Notes: generated from the letters alone by a model not told the origin. Positions 41,146-52,300 are shown, numbered from the stretch's first letter. The stretch: 64,000 nucleotides of DNA from an uncultured Haloferula sp. (GCA_965652295.1 CBFGTS010000005.1:192001-256000); one strand, 5' to 3'. A program made the numbers and translations.

Positions 41146-44058
41146 ATGCGTTTACTCCGGTGTTTTGCCGCCCTGATCCTTGTCTCCGGTTCAACACGCG
41201 CTGCCGACTATGTTTGGAAAAACGCCGTCATTGGTGGCGGCGGCTATGTCACCGGCATCGAGTACCATCCGTCCGAACCCGGCCTCGCTTACGGCCGCAC
41301 CGACGTCGGCGGAGTCTATCGACGGGACTCGGCCACGCGCCCGTGGGTTCCGCTCAACGACTGGGTCGGCGGCCTGGACAACGGATTCATGGATCTGGGT
41401 GTGCTGAGCGTTGGCCTCGATCCCACGGATCCCGACCGGGTCTATCTCGCCTGCGGCCAATATCTGGAATGGTGGGCACCGCCGGCGCGTTTCATGAGTT
41501 CGTCCGATCGCGGCGCGACGTGGACCGACATCGCGCTGCCCTTCAAGCTCGGTGGCAACATGAACGGTCGCGGGACCGGCGAGCGGCTGGCAGTGGACCC
41601 AAACGATGGCGCGCGGATCTTCCTCGGCACCACGGCGGACGGGCTGTGGCGCAGCACGGACCGCGGGGCGACGTGGGCTCGTCTAACAGAATTCACTCCC
41701 GCGGCGACCACCTTCGTCCTGTGCGATCCGGATCACGCGGGCACGCTGTATGCCGGTGCGGCACAGACCGATGGCCCGACCTTGTGGAAATCCACGGACG
41801 GCGGCGAAACGTGGGACGCGGTGGCGGGACAGCCGTCCGGGCTGATCGCCTTGCAGGCGAAGCTTGATGCGGCGGGCGATCTCTTCATCACCTTCTCCGA
41901 TCATGTGGGACCGAACAGCGCGGCTGCCGGATCCGCGTGGAAATACTCCGCCGCCGGGACGTGGACGGATCTCAATGTCCCGGGCGGCCAAGGCGGCTTT
42001 GGCGGGATCGCCGTGGACCCGAACCTGCCGGGACGCCTTGTGGTTTCCACCCTCAACCGCTGGTGGCCGGGCGACGAGATCTATCGCTCCGACGACGGCG
42101 GCGAGACCTGGACCGGCGTGCTCGATGGTGCGTCTCTGGATCATTCCTCCGCGCCGTGGGCGGCCACGCTGTCGCCACACTGGATCAGCGACGTGGAGAT
42201 CGACCCCTTCGATTCGGGACGCGCGTCGTTCATCACCGGCTACGGGATCTTTTCGACCTCCAATCTCGGCGCGACTCCGGGAATGCCGATGTGGTCCTTC
42301 GACAGCAGGGGACTGGAAGAATGCGTGCCGCAGGCGCTGGTCAGCCCGGCTGAAGGCCCGCCGCTGGTCAGCGTGATCGGCGATTTCGACGGCTTCCGCC
42401 ATGACAACCTCGATGCCTCGCCCGCGCTCGGCCGCCACTCGCCGAGCAAGGGAACCACGCATGCGCTGGACGGCGCGGGTACGGTGCCTGCCGTACTTGC
42501 GAAGATGCATGGAGCCACCGGAGCGATCTCGCGCGACGGCGGCGCGACCTGGACGGATTTCCCCACAGCGCCGGCCACGGCGTCCTCAGAGCGTGGCGAA
42601 CTCGCGGTATCGGCTGACGGCTCAAGGATACTGTGGTGTCCCAAGGCCTCCGCGGCCTATGTTTCCACCGACGACGGGGCGACATGGACGCCCTGCGCCG
42701 GCAGCCCCACGGGCGATCTGTGGCCGGCGGCGGACCGGGTGAATCCGCTGCGTTTCGCGGTTCTCGATCCGGAGACCCGTGTGGTGCATGTGAGTACGGA
42801 TGGCGGCGCGACCTTTTCCGCGGGCGACAACGCTCTGCCGGGGGGCAGTGACCGGATCGAGGCGGTGCCGGGTCAGGCCGGTCACTTGTGGCTCACGGCG
42901 TGGGGTGGGGGGCTTTGGCGTTCCACGGATGGGGGCGCGGATCTCGTCCAAGTGACCTCGGTCGAACGCGGCTACCGCGTTGGTTTCGGGCGTTCGGCGG
43001 ATGGCACGGGATACCCCGCGATTTTCCTGTGGGGACGCGTCGGTGGGATCGACGGGCTGTTCCGCAGCGATGATACCGGCGCGACCTGGCAGCGGATCAA
43101 TGACAGCCTCCATCAGTTCGGCCACATCACCGACCTGACCGGCGACCCGCGGGTGCATGGCCGCGTCTATCTGGGGACCAGCGGACGCGGCGTGATCGTC
43201 GGCGAGGAAACGACGGAGCCGCGGTTCACGGAGATGATTTATCAGGACGGGCTCGCGGAGGGCTGGCAGAACTGGAGCTGGGCCACAGTGAACATGCCCT
43301 CGGCGGTTCCGGTGCGGCGCGGATCGTCCGCGGTATCGGTCACGGCAGGCGGTTGGGCCGCCCTCTATCTGCGGCGGCTGGCGTTTCAGAATACCTCCGG
43401 GTATGCGGCGCTGGCTTTCTGGATTCATGGGGGCGCGACCGGCGGCCAGACGCTGCAAGTCATCGGCCTGCGCGACGGTGTCACCCAAGCGCCGAGGGCG
43501 ATCCCCGCGCCGGCCGCCGATATCTGGACACGCGTGGTGATCCCGCTGTCGGAGTTGGGCCTGTCGGGGGCATACGATTTCAACGGTGTGTGGATCCAGA
43601 ACGTCAGCGGCTCGGCGATTTCCACCTTTCACGTGGACGACATCGCGCTGGTCGGCGAAGCGGATGCGGATGACTGGGCGGCGGTCGATTGGGAGAGCTG
43701 GCGGCAGTCGGAATTCTCCTCGGCCGCGCTGGCAGACGCCGGCATCAGCGGCCCCGATGCGGACCCCGACCGCGACGGACGTGGGAACCGTGCCGAATGG
43801 TATTTGCTGGGCAGCGCCTCGGAGAACGACGGCCCGTGGTGCACGTGGCAGCTTCAAGACGACACGGCGGTGCTGAGTTATGATCGCCGCGCGGGCTTTC
43901 CATCGGCCCTGACGTTTGAGATCTCGACGGATCTCAACTCCTGGTCCCCGGCGGGCGGGGAACCACAACTGCTCCCGCTCGATGCCTCAGGGCTGCGGGA
44001 ACGGGCATCCTGGACCTTCCCCAGCACCATGCCGACGCTGTACGTCCGGCTCCGCTGA
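41146..44058 (+). CDS. GH74 xyloglucanase/endoglucanase with a CBM-like domain and C-terminal DPDRDG domain
   Basis: GGGYVTG, RTDVGG, GERLAVDP and GDFDGFRH motifs; BNR repeats (SxDxGxTW); DGLAEGWQNWSW module; ends LYVRLR. Start could also be 41116. Confidence 0.9.
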   Translation: MRLLRCFAALILVSGSTRAADYVWKNAVIGGGGYVTGIEYHPSEPGLAYGRTDVGGVYRRDSATRPWVPLNDWVGGLDNGFMDLGVLSVGLDPTDPDRVYLACGQYLEWWAPPARFMSSSDRGATWTDIALPFKLGGNMNGRGTGERLAVDPNDGARIFLGTTADGLWRSTDRGATWARLTEFTPAATTFVLCDPDHAGTLYAGAAQTDGPTLWKSTDGGETWDAVAGQPSGLIALQAKLDAAGDLFITFSDHVGPNSAAAGSAWKYSAAGTWTDLNVPGGQGGFGGIAVDPNLPGRLVVSTLNRWWPGDEIYRSDDGGETWTGVLDGASLDHSSAPWAATLSPHWISDVEIDPFDSGRASFITGYGIFSTSNLGATPGMPMWSFDSRGLEECVPQALVSPAEGPPLVSVIGDFDGFRHDNLDASPALGRHSPSKGTTHALDGAGTVPAVLAKMHGATGAISRDGGATWTDFPTAPATASSERGELAVSADGSRILWCPKASAAYVSTDDGATWTPCAGSPTGDLWPAADRVNPLRFAVLDPETRVVHVSTDGGATFSAGDNALPGGSDRIEAVPGQAGHLWLTAWGGGLWRSTDGGADLVQVTSVERGYRVGFGRSADGTGYPAIFLWGRVGGIDGLFRSDDTGATWQRINDSLHQFGHITDLTGDPRVHGRVYLGTSGRGVIVGEETTEPRFTEMIYQDGLAEGWQNWSWATVNMPSAVPVRRGSSAVSVTAGGWAALYLRRLAFQNTSGYAALAFWIHGGATGGQTLQVIGLRDGVTQAPRAIPAPAADIWTRVVIPLSELGLSGAYDFNGVWIQNVSGSAISTFHVDDIALVGEADADDWAAVDWESWRQSEFSSAALADAGISGPDADPDRDGRGNRAEWYLLGSASENDGPWCTWQLQDDTAVLSYDRRAGFPSALTFEISTDLNSWSPAGGEPQLLPLDASGLRERASWTFPSTMPTLYVRLR

Positions 44059-44231
44059 GTTCCAGCAGGTCGCGGGCAACCGCACGCAGGCGAGCCGACC
44101 CCGCCTCTCGTTCGACGGCGGGATTGGCAAGGATGACTGAGACATTCACGGCTCCGCCATCAGGAAATGCTGTGGGTTTCGTGCCCTCCATGACTCCGCT
44201 GCCGGTCAGCTGCAACCCCTTCGCTTTCGTG

Positions 44232-44247
44232 ACTTAACCGAGCAAGT
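44232..44247. promoter_or_regulatory. Candidate operator, copy 4 (acttaaccgagcaagt)
   Basis: ACTT-N8-AAGT, ~110 bp upstream of 44356. Confidence 0.65.
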
Positions 44248-44355
44248 GTCCCAACCCTTGTCCTCCCTAGGCTCTTGGAGAGTAGGCTTCACAATTGGAC
44301 CCAACCCACGATCCGCGCGGATCATCGGTCCGAAAACCCGCTTGTCACAAACCCA

Positions 44356-45174
44356 ATGAAGAAGCCCAACCTGGCCTTTCGCTCCGCGATCGACCGGCTG
44401 CCCTTGTCCCGATCCACATGGATGCTGGCGGCAGTCGGCGGACTTTGCACAGTGGCCGTCCTCGCCTTCGTTCAAACCAAAGGATCACCAGCATCCCACC
44501 CGGCGAAGCCAGCAGCGCCCCCCCTTTCTCGTATCGAGGAACCTTCCACCCAGCGATCTCCCGGACAGGGACAGCAAACCGACGATCCGGCCCAAGCGCT
44601 GGCCCAGGCATTCTCACTTCAAGAAAGAAGCGAACGCGAGAGCCGCATCCGGGAATTGCTCTCCATGTGGGCCATTCGGGACGCAAAGGCGGCGCTGAAC
44701 TGGGTTTCCTCGCTGGAGGATCCCGCTGCCCGACTTTCCGCCCGCTCCACCGTCTGCCTGGCTCTCGCGGAAAAGGATCCATGCCAGGCCATCGTGCTCG
44801 CGCTCGCCCATGGCGCGGACGAGGACGATCACGGAGGATTGCTCGAATATCTGACGATGCAGTGGTGCGGGAAAGAGCCCGAGGCCGCTCTCGATTGGGC
44901 GTGCGAGCAGCCGCCCGGCGAATGGCGGGACCGCCTGCTCGCGAGCGCCTCGTTCATGCTCTCCAAGTCCGACCCCGCCGCGGCGGCCCATCTTGTCTCG
45001 GATCTCGAACCGGGAACCGTGCAGGACGAAGCGGTCATGGCCGTGCTCCACCAATGGGCGCTCCAGGATTCCTCCGCCGCACTCCAGTGGGCGGAAGCCT
45101 TCTCCGAATCTCCCCTCCGCGATCGAGCGCTCGCGGAGATCTCGAATCTCCGAAGCTACCTCCAATCTCCATGA
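44356..45174 (+). CDS. Membrane-anchored alpha-helical repeat hypothetical protein
   Basis: N-terminal TM segment (WMLAAVGGLCTVAVLAFV); repeats such as WAIRDAKAALNW, WCGKEPEAALDW, WALQDSSAALQW. Confidence 0.75.
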   Translation: MKKPNLAFRSAIDRLPLSRSTWMLAAVGGLCTVAVLAFVQTKGSPASHPAKPAAPPLSRIEEPSTQRSPGQGQQTDDPAQALAQAFSLQERSERESRIRELLSMWAIRDAKAALNWVSSLEDPAARLSARSTVCLALAEKDPCQAIVLALAHGADEDDHGGLLEYLTMQWCGKEPEAALDWACEQPPGEWRDRLLASASFMLSKSDPAAAAHLVSDLEPGTVQDEAVMAVLHQWALQDSSAALQWAEAFSESPLRDRALAEISNLRSYLQSP

Positions 45175-45233
45175 ACGACGGGAGTCGTAGTACTTCCGCC
45201 CATCCGACAACAAAAACAACCCACAAAAACACC

Positions 45234-48200
45234 ATGCGCAAACCCATCATCCACTGGCTGAAAACCCTGGCGCTGCTATGCGTCCTCGGCGTTTCCCAGC
45301 TGCACGCCTACACCCATCCCTGCATTCCGACCACCGTCGAGGAGCTGGACACCATCAAGGCCAACCTCGACAAGGAGCCTTGGAAGTCCGGCTATGCCAT
45401 CCTCTCAAACGCCAGCACGGCCCAGCTCACCTATGCCCCGAACGGCCCGTGGGCGGAAGTGGGCCGCACCCCTGACGTCAACCTCACCTATTGGAAGAAT
45501 GACATGGTCGCCGTGTATGATCTGGCGCGCATGTGGTATTTCACTGGCAACAACGCCTATGCGCAGAAAGCCCGCGACCTCCTCATCGCTTGGGCGACCA
45601 CGCATACGGCTTTCACCGGGCAGGAAATCCCGCTTTCGATCGGCGACTTCGCCCAGGCGTACGCCGGTGGCGCCAGCATCCTGCGCGGCACCTGGCCCGG
45701 ATGGACGGAGGCCGACACCACCACGGTCAAAAACTACTTCCTGAACGTTTACTGGCCCAGGAGCCTCTGCAACGGCTACATCACCGGCCCCGCCAACAAA
45801 GGTTATATCTATCAGGCCGCCGGCATCGCCATCGCCGCTTTTTGTGACGACGTGGAAAAATTCAACCACGTCATCGACATTTACCGTGCCAACCCGCCTG
45901 CCGGCCTGATGAACACGCTGGCAACGGGCGAAATGGGTGAAACGGGCCGCGACGCCGGCCACCTCTACGGCGGCCTCATCAGCGCCGCCTTCCTCTCCGA
46001 AGTGGCATGGAAACAAGGCATCGACCTCTACTCCGAATCGGACAACCGGCTCCTCGCCTGCGCCGAATACTACGCCCGCAACACCCTCGAATTGGACAAT
46101 CCTTTCGTCCCCTTCGGCACCATCGATTGGCTCTATTATGCCAATGCGGCCGGACCATACACCGCCAATCGCGGCGCGCTTTACCTCATCCAAAACGCCT
46201 ATAAGAACCGCAAAAACCTCCCAACACCGTGGATCGACCGGAAGCTCGAAGAACAGGGCATCGATGGCGGCAACTTCATGTATGCCAAGGCGGCGGATTT
46301 CAGCACCGCCACTCCACTGGCGACCGCTGTTCGCCCGGCGGTTTCCCTGGCATCGAGCGGCCTGACCCTGACCACCCTCGGCACCCAGACCGCCGGACGC
46401 AGTGCCGCCTACTCCAATGGCGTGTGGACCGTGACCGGCCTCGGAAGCAACGTCTGGGCGGATACGGCCGATGACTGCCAGTTTGTTTATAAAACCATGA
46501 CCGGCGATTGCGCCATGGTCGCCCAAGTCACCTCGTCCCAATACACAAGCGGGCAAGCCAAGGCCGGATTGATGATCCGCGACACACTTACCAACACCTT
46601 TTCGAAGCGCGCCTGGATCGGGATCAAACCGGACCCCTCCGACATCCGGATCGAATCCCACTTTCGTGGCTGGACCGATGTCTGGGGCGGAAGCAACCGG
46701 GATGATATTTCGCGCAGCCATCCTCCCGGCATGCCCTACTGGCTCAAGATCGAACGCCGGGGCGACATGTTCAACACTTACACCTCGCTGGACGGCACCA
46801 GTTGGGCCGCCGCGCTCAGCTGCTACTACGCCAACCTCCCTTCCATGCTCCATATCGGACTGTTCGTGACCAGCGGCTCGACCGCGACCAGCACCGCCAC
46901 CTTCGCCAACGTCGCCTTCACCGGAGGAACCGGCGGCCTCGTGACGACTCCCGCCGCCCCGGCGACACTGTTCGCCACTGGCTCCAGCAAAGCCGTTAGC
47001 GTGCGCTGGCTGCCGTCCTTCGGCGCCACCGCCTACGACCTGCTCAGGTCCACCACCTCCGGCAGTGGCTACACAACCATCGCCAGCAATCTAACTCCTG
47101 ACAAAACCAGCTACACGGACACGGCTGTAAGCGCTGGCACCACCTACTACTATGTGGCCCGCGCGAAAAACTCCGCCGGCACCAGTGGCAATTCACCGCA
47201 GTTCTACGCCACGCTGCTTCCCGCGCCTCTGGTCAACCTCGCCTTTGGCGGCACGGCCACCGACAGCGGCAACTCGGTCCCATGGAATTCCGCGAACGGC
47301 TTCGACCAGAACCCCGGCTCCCTCTGGTTTCACGGAGGAACGACCGGCTGGCTACAATATGACTTCGGCGCGGGCAACGCGCAGGTGGTCAAGCGCTACA
47401 CCGTCACCGCCGGCAACGTGAACATCCCCGCGCGCGACCCGAAGAACTGGCAGTTCCAAGGCTCCAATGACGGCACCAACTGGACCACTCTCGACACGCA
47501 GAGCAACCAGGCCTTCACCATTAGGATGCAGCAGAAGACGTATAACCTCGGCAATACCACCGCCTACCGTTACTACCGGTTCAACGTCACCGCCAACAAC
47601 GGCGACAGCACCTTCACGCACCTCGGCGACATCGGTCTGTGGAACGCCACCGGCCGCACCGTCCCCGACGGCCGCTACGCCCTTGTCAGCCGCAAGAGCA
47701 ACAAGGTCATGGGCACCACCGGCGGCGGCACTGCCAATGGCACCGCGCTCGACCAGTGGAGCTACTCCGGTTCCGACAGCCAAAAGTGGGACCTCACCCA
47801 CCTCGGCAGCGGGCAATATCAAATCACCGGTGTCGCCAGCGGCCGGGTGATGGATGTGGCGGGCATCAGCACTGCCAACGGCGCGCAGATCCACCTCTGG
47901 GACTGGCTGAACGGCAACAACCAGAAATGGACGGTTACTCCGGCTGGCGACGAGAGATTCAAGCTCACCGCCGTCCATAGCGGCAAGGTGGCCGACGTCA
48001 CCGCCGGCAGCACCGCCAACGGCGCCAAGATCATCCAGTGGTCCTACCTCGGAGCCGACAACCAGCAGTGGATCCTCGCTCCGTTCTCAACGACGGCGAC
48101 CCTCCGTCTGCAATCGCACAACTTCCCGACCCGCTACATCCGCCATTCCAGCTATCGCGCCCGGATCGACGAGAATGTTTCTCCCGTTGGGGACTCCCAA

Positions 48201-48509
48201 TTCCGGGTCAGGATCGGCCTGACAAACGCCGCCGGGGTGTCGTTCGAATCCGCGAACTACGCCGGCTACTACCTGCGGGTGCGTACGAACGGAGAAGTGT
48301 GGGTGGACAAAAACGACAACACCGCCGCCTTCCGCGACAGTGCCACCTTCGAGCGGGTGCCCGGATTGGCCGATTCGAGCAAATCCTCATTCCGCATGTG
48401 GACCGACTCAACCCGCTACCTCCGCCACTACGCTTACCTGATGGTCGCGCAAAGCGGATCCGGATCGGCCTTCAACGCCGACGCCACCTTTGCGGAAATC
48501 CAACCATAA
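45234..48509 (+). CDS. Secreted alginate-lyase-like modular protein: toroid, beta-sandwich, Fn3, F5/8C, ricin/CBM13, AbfB/CBM42
   Basis: Signal peptide MRKPIIHW...LHA-YTHPCIP; GETGRDAGH; QKW/QQW ricin repeats; C-terminal LQSHNFPTRYIRH...DATF. Start moved from the ORF-track 44295. Confidence 0.86.
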   Translation: MRKPIIHWLKTLALLCVLGVSQLHAYTHPCIPTTVEELDTIKANLDKEPWKSGYAILSNASTAQLTYAPNGPWAEVGRTPDVNLTYWKNDMVAVYDLARMWYFTGNNAYAQKARDLLIAWATTHTAFTGQEIPLSIGDFAQAYAGGASILRGTWPGWTEADTTTVKNYFLNVYWPRSLCNGYITGPANKGYIYQAAGIAIAAFCDDVEKFNHVIDIYRANPPAGLMNTLATGEMGETGRDAGHLYGGLISAAFLSEVAWKQGIDLYSESDNRLLACAEYYARNTLELDNPFVPFGTIDWLYYANAAGPYTANRGALYLIQNAYKNRKNLPTPWIDRKLEEQGIDGGNFMYAKAADFSTATPLATAVRPAVSLASSGLTLTTLGTQTAGRSAAYSNGVWTVTGLGSNVWADTADDCQFVYKTMTGDCAMVAQVTSSQYTSGQAKAGLMIRDTLTNTFSKRAWIGIKPDPSDIRIESHFRGWTDVWGGSNRDDISRSHPPGMPYWLKIERRGDMFNTYTSLDGTSWAAALSCYYANLPSMLHIGLFVTSGSTATSTATFANVAFTGGTGGLVTTPAAPATLFATGSSKAVSVRWLPSFGATAYDLLRSTTSGSGYTTIASNLTPDKTSYTDTAVSAGTTYYYVARAKNSAGTSGNSPQFYATLLPAPLVNLAFGGTATDSGNSVPWNSANGFDQNPGSLWFHGGTTGWLQYDFGAGNAQVVKRYTVTAGNVNIPARDPKNWQFQGSNDGTNWTTLDTQSNQAFTIRMQQKTYNLGNTTAYRYYRFNVTANNGDSTFTHLGDIGLWNATGRTVPDGRYALVSRKSNKVMGTTGGGTANGTALDQWSYSGSDSQKWDLTHLGSGQYQITGVASGRVMDVAGISTANGAQIHLWDWLNGNNQKWTVTPAGDERFKLTAVHSGKVADVTAGSTANGAKIIQWSYLGADNQQWILAPFSTTATLRLQSHNFPTRYIRHSSYRARIDENVSPVGDSQFRVRIGLTNAAGVSFESANYAGYYLRVRTNGEVWVDKNDNTAAFRDSATFERVPGLADSSKSSFRMWTDSTRYLRHYAYLMVAQSGSGSAFNADATFAEIQP

Positions 48510-48541
48510 ATCACGGAAACCGCAGGGACTTGCGACACCCG

Positions 48542-48577
48542 CGCCGCCGCCAACTTCACTGGCGGCGGCGTTTTTTT
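48542..48577 (+). terminator. Intrinsic terminator
   Basis: Perfect 11-bp stem cgccgccgcca / tggcggcggcg followed by T7. Confidence 0.85.
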
Positions 48578-48594
48578 ATCCTGGATACAATAAT

Positions 48595-48782
48595 GGAACC
48601 GACGACGAACACAACCGAGCGCAGCGAGATGGACGAACACTTCGATTCAAAAACTGAGTCAAGTTCACACAAATATCAAAAGGGTTGAGCCGGTTTGCCG
48701 ATTCACCTTCAGGGTTACCCTCAAACTCTGCCCAAAGCTCTTAAAATCAGCGTTCATCTGCGTCCATCCGCGGTTCATTTCT
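48595..48782. repeat. Degenerate MITE/REP-like element with 10-bp-periodic arm, copy 1
   Basis: Right arm atcagcgttc-atctgcgtcc-atccgcggttcattt (48746-48780) is close to the reverse complement of 56573-56607; shares ctcttaaaatcag with copy 2. Confidence 0.6.
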
Positions 48783-48847
48783 TTTCCCAGGTTTTTGCGG
48801 CCCGGAGTGGGACAAAAGCCCGGTCGTCCACGTTCCATCCTGCCGCC

Positions 48848-48863
48848 ACTTAACCGGAAAAGC
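48848..48863. promoter_or_regulatory. Candidate operator, copy 5 (acttaaccggaaaagc)
   Basis: Matches the motif; ~95 bp upstream of 48957. Confidence 0.6.
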
Positions 48864-48956
48864 CACCAAACCCTTGCCCTAGGAAACGATTCTCAGCAGA
48901 AAATCGTTAATTGATCCATAGGATCCAAAAAACAGCCTACTAAAATCCTAAAAACC

Positions 48957-49313
48957 ATGTCCCGACACATCACCACCTGGGTGATGTCCTTGGCGCTTCT
49001 TTGCGTTCTCGGACTGTCCCAAGCGCAGGCCTTCACCCATCCCTGCATCCCGAACACCCTTGAGGAGCTGGACACCATCAAGGCCAACCTCGACAAGGAA
49101 CCTTGGAAGTCCGGCTACGCCGTGCTCGCGGCCGATGGGCGCTCCCAGCTCGGCTACGCCCTGGCCTACGGCGGCGGCGCCAGCATCCTCCGCGGCACAT
49201 GGCCCGGACGGACGCAGCAGGACACCCACATCGTCAAGGACTGCGTCGAAATCGAATCAACAAAACCGATACGCTCTCATGAGGCGTATCGCCCATTTTC
49301 CATGCATGCGTAA
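48957..49313 (+). pseudogene. Remnant of an alginate-lyase-like paralog (internal deletion and 3' truncation)
   Basis: Signal peptide and FTHPCIPNTLEELDTIKANLDK...DGRSQL match 29033, then jump directly to YGGGASILRGTWPG; similarity ends near 49240. Confidence 0.85.
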
Positions 49314-49352
49314 CCACCACGAAACCAAACCCAACAGCACCCTGAATTACCC

Positions 49353-52300
49353 ATGAATCTCATCCGAATCTCATTAAGATGTTTCGCATCGCGACTCCTT
49401 TCGAATTTATCCGGTCGGGTAGTCAACCACTTGGCAACCGATCGAGAGACTGTTCGAAAGACTGTGCCATCTCTCGCGGTCGTTTTCGCCGGCTTGAGCC
49501 TGATGATGCTCGCGCCATTGGCGCAAGCGCAGTTCGTCCACCCGGGCGCCCTGTCGACACAGGCGGATCTGGACCGCATGGCGGCTAAGGTCGCCGCGGC
49601 GGAGCAGCCGTGGCAAGGCGGTTGGGACATTCTGGTGGGCAATGAAGGGTTTTACATGGGCGGCCCGGAAGCCGTGCCAACTGTTTTCGTCGATTCAGGA
49701 AACGGCGGAAACACTTACATGAGTTTGGCGCGCGACTCCCACCGGGCATATCAAGCCGCGTTGCGTTATCATGGCACGGGCGACACGACCTATGCGGACC
49801 ACGCGGTTCAAATCATGAACGCCTGGGCCTCCACGCACACGGCATGGGACGGCAACACGAATGTCGCCCTGCGGTCCGGTCTCTACGGCTATGCGTTTGC
49901 CTGCGCCGGTGAATTGATGCGCGGCTACAGTGGCTGGGATCCGGCGGATTTCGCGGCGTTCCAACAGTATATGCTCACCCAATTCTATCCTCTCAATTCC
50001 GGGTTTCTCAACGATCTGGTCGGATTCTGTTGGAGTCACTACTGGGCGAACTGGACCCTGGCGAACCTGGCTTCGATGACGGCCATCGGGGTTTTGTGCG
50101 ACGATCAGGCGATTTTCGATGAGGCCCTGAACCACTTCTTGGCCGGCGTCCACACCGGTGGGATCGAACATGCGGTCTATCACGTTCATCCCAATGGTCT
50201 GGGCCAATGGCAGGAAAGCGGCCGTGACCAGGGACACGCCCAGATGGGTCCGCAGTTGATCGGCGTCGTCTGTGAAATCGCCTGGAACCAAGGCTACGAC
50301 CTTTACGGCCACATGAACAACCGCGTCCTCGCGGGTGTCGAATACGTCTCGAAATACAATACGCATCACGCCGTACCGTTCGCCGCCTATGCGAACTGCG
50401 ATTACGCCGTATGGCCGTACACCTATCGTTTTTATCAAAAAGCCGTCGCAGGGTGGCCCTCCGGCGGAGGTCGTCCCGGCTGGGATCTGATTTACAACCA
50501 CTACGTCAACCGCATGGGCATCGCCGCGCCTTACACGGCGCAATACGCCGCACTGACCCGTCCCGAGGGGGGCGGAAGCAATTACGGCGGCAACAGCGGC
50601 GGCTTCGATGGTCTGGGCTTCACCACGCTGACGCACAGCCGCGATCCGATCGCTGGCGCCGTGCCGGGCGCGCTGCGGCCTTACGTGCAGGGGCGTCAAA
50701 TCACGCTCTCCTGGGCGGGATCGGCCCATGCCGAAAGCTACAACGTCAAGCGCTCCACGACCAGCGGCGGGCCTTACACCACGCTGGGCAAGGGTGATGG
50801 CAAGAGCTTGTTCTTCGTCGATCCGGGCCTGACGGCGGGAACGACTTATTACTACGTCGTCTCAGCCAACAATCCCGGCGGCGAAAGCGTCAACTCCGCC
50901 GAAGCGGCCGCCACGGCGGACGGTCACCTTTTTGGGACGGTCATCGGTTCGGACGGTTCGTTTGACCATTGCGGCGCCACCAGGGAAATCCTCTTCGACG
51001 GCGCGCTTGTGAACTTCATCGATATCGGTGCGTCCGGCGGTGCCTGGGCCGGGCTGGACCTGGGATCGGGCGTCAGCGCGGTGATCACGGGCGTGAAGTA
51101 TTGCCCCCGCAAAGGGGCCGCCAACGCCATGGTCGGCGGCAAATTCCAGGCCTCGAACACCGCCGACTTCAGTGGCGACGTCGTCGATTTGTTCACCATC
51201 ACCACCGAGCCAACCGAAGGCATGCTCACTTCCCAGGCCGTCGACAGCGGCTCGGCCTACCGCTACGTCCGCTACATCCAGCCCACGAAGAACGGCTGGA
51301 ACACCGCGGCGGAGGTGCAATTCCTCGGGACCGCCAGCGGCCAGAGCGCCCCGTCAACGCCGGTCGTGGACACCAGCCTTGTGAACGGGCTTCAGATCGA
51401 TCTCTTGTTGGACGGCATCAGCGGCATTCCGGGCGTGGGAGGCTATCGAATCAAGCGTTCCACCACTCCCGGCGGACCCTACGTCGTTTGGGGGGACGTC
51501 AATACAGGCTACGGCGATACGACAAAATTCAGCGATTCCGAAACCGAGATGGGTTCGACCTACTATTATGTCGTCAGCGCCTACAATCAGCTCGGCGAAA
51601 GCGCCGATTCCGCCGAGGTCTCCGTCTCGACGCTGCCGACGGGCCCCCAACTGATGACCCATCTCAAGATGAGCGGGAATGTCGCCGACAGTTCGGGTTA
51701 TAACTTTTATGCCGGCACGGTTGGCTCCCCCGAATTTCCCGGAGGGGGATATGTCGGCTCGGCGATCGACTTGGACGGCGTGGACGACTTCGTGACGTTG
51801 CAACCCCGCGTCGCCAATTCCGAGGACATCACGGTCGCCGCCTGGGTCAACTGGGACGGCGGTGCCGCCTGGCAGCGCATCTTCGACTTCGGCACGGGCA
51901 CGTGGTCGTACCTGTACCTGACTCCGAGCAGTGGTGACGGCAAGCTCCGCTTCGGGATCAAAAACACTGCGGGCGAACAAACCGTCGAGACCTCCGCGCT
52001 CACCGTGGGAACATGGACGCACGTGGCGGTGACGCTGAGCGGCGACATGGCGACACTATACGTCAACGGCTCTCCGGCGGCATCGAATCCCTCCGTGACG
52101 ATCAACCCGACGGACTTTAAACCGTGGGTCAATAACATCGGCAAGAGTCAGTGGCCCGCCGATCCCCGATTCAACGGTCGCATCGACGAATTCCGCGTTT
52201 ACAACTACGCGTTGTCGGCCGGAGATGTGGCCGCCTTGGCCGCCCAGTCCACAGAGGCAACTCCGCCCGTGGCTCCCGCGGGACTGAACACGATCGTTGG

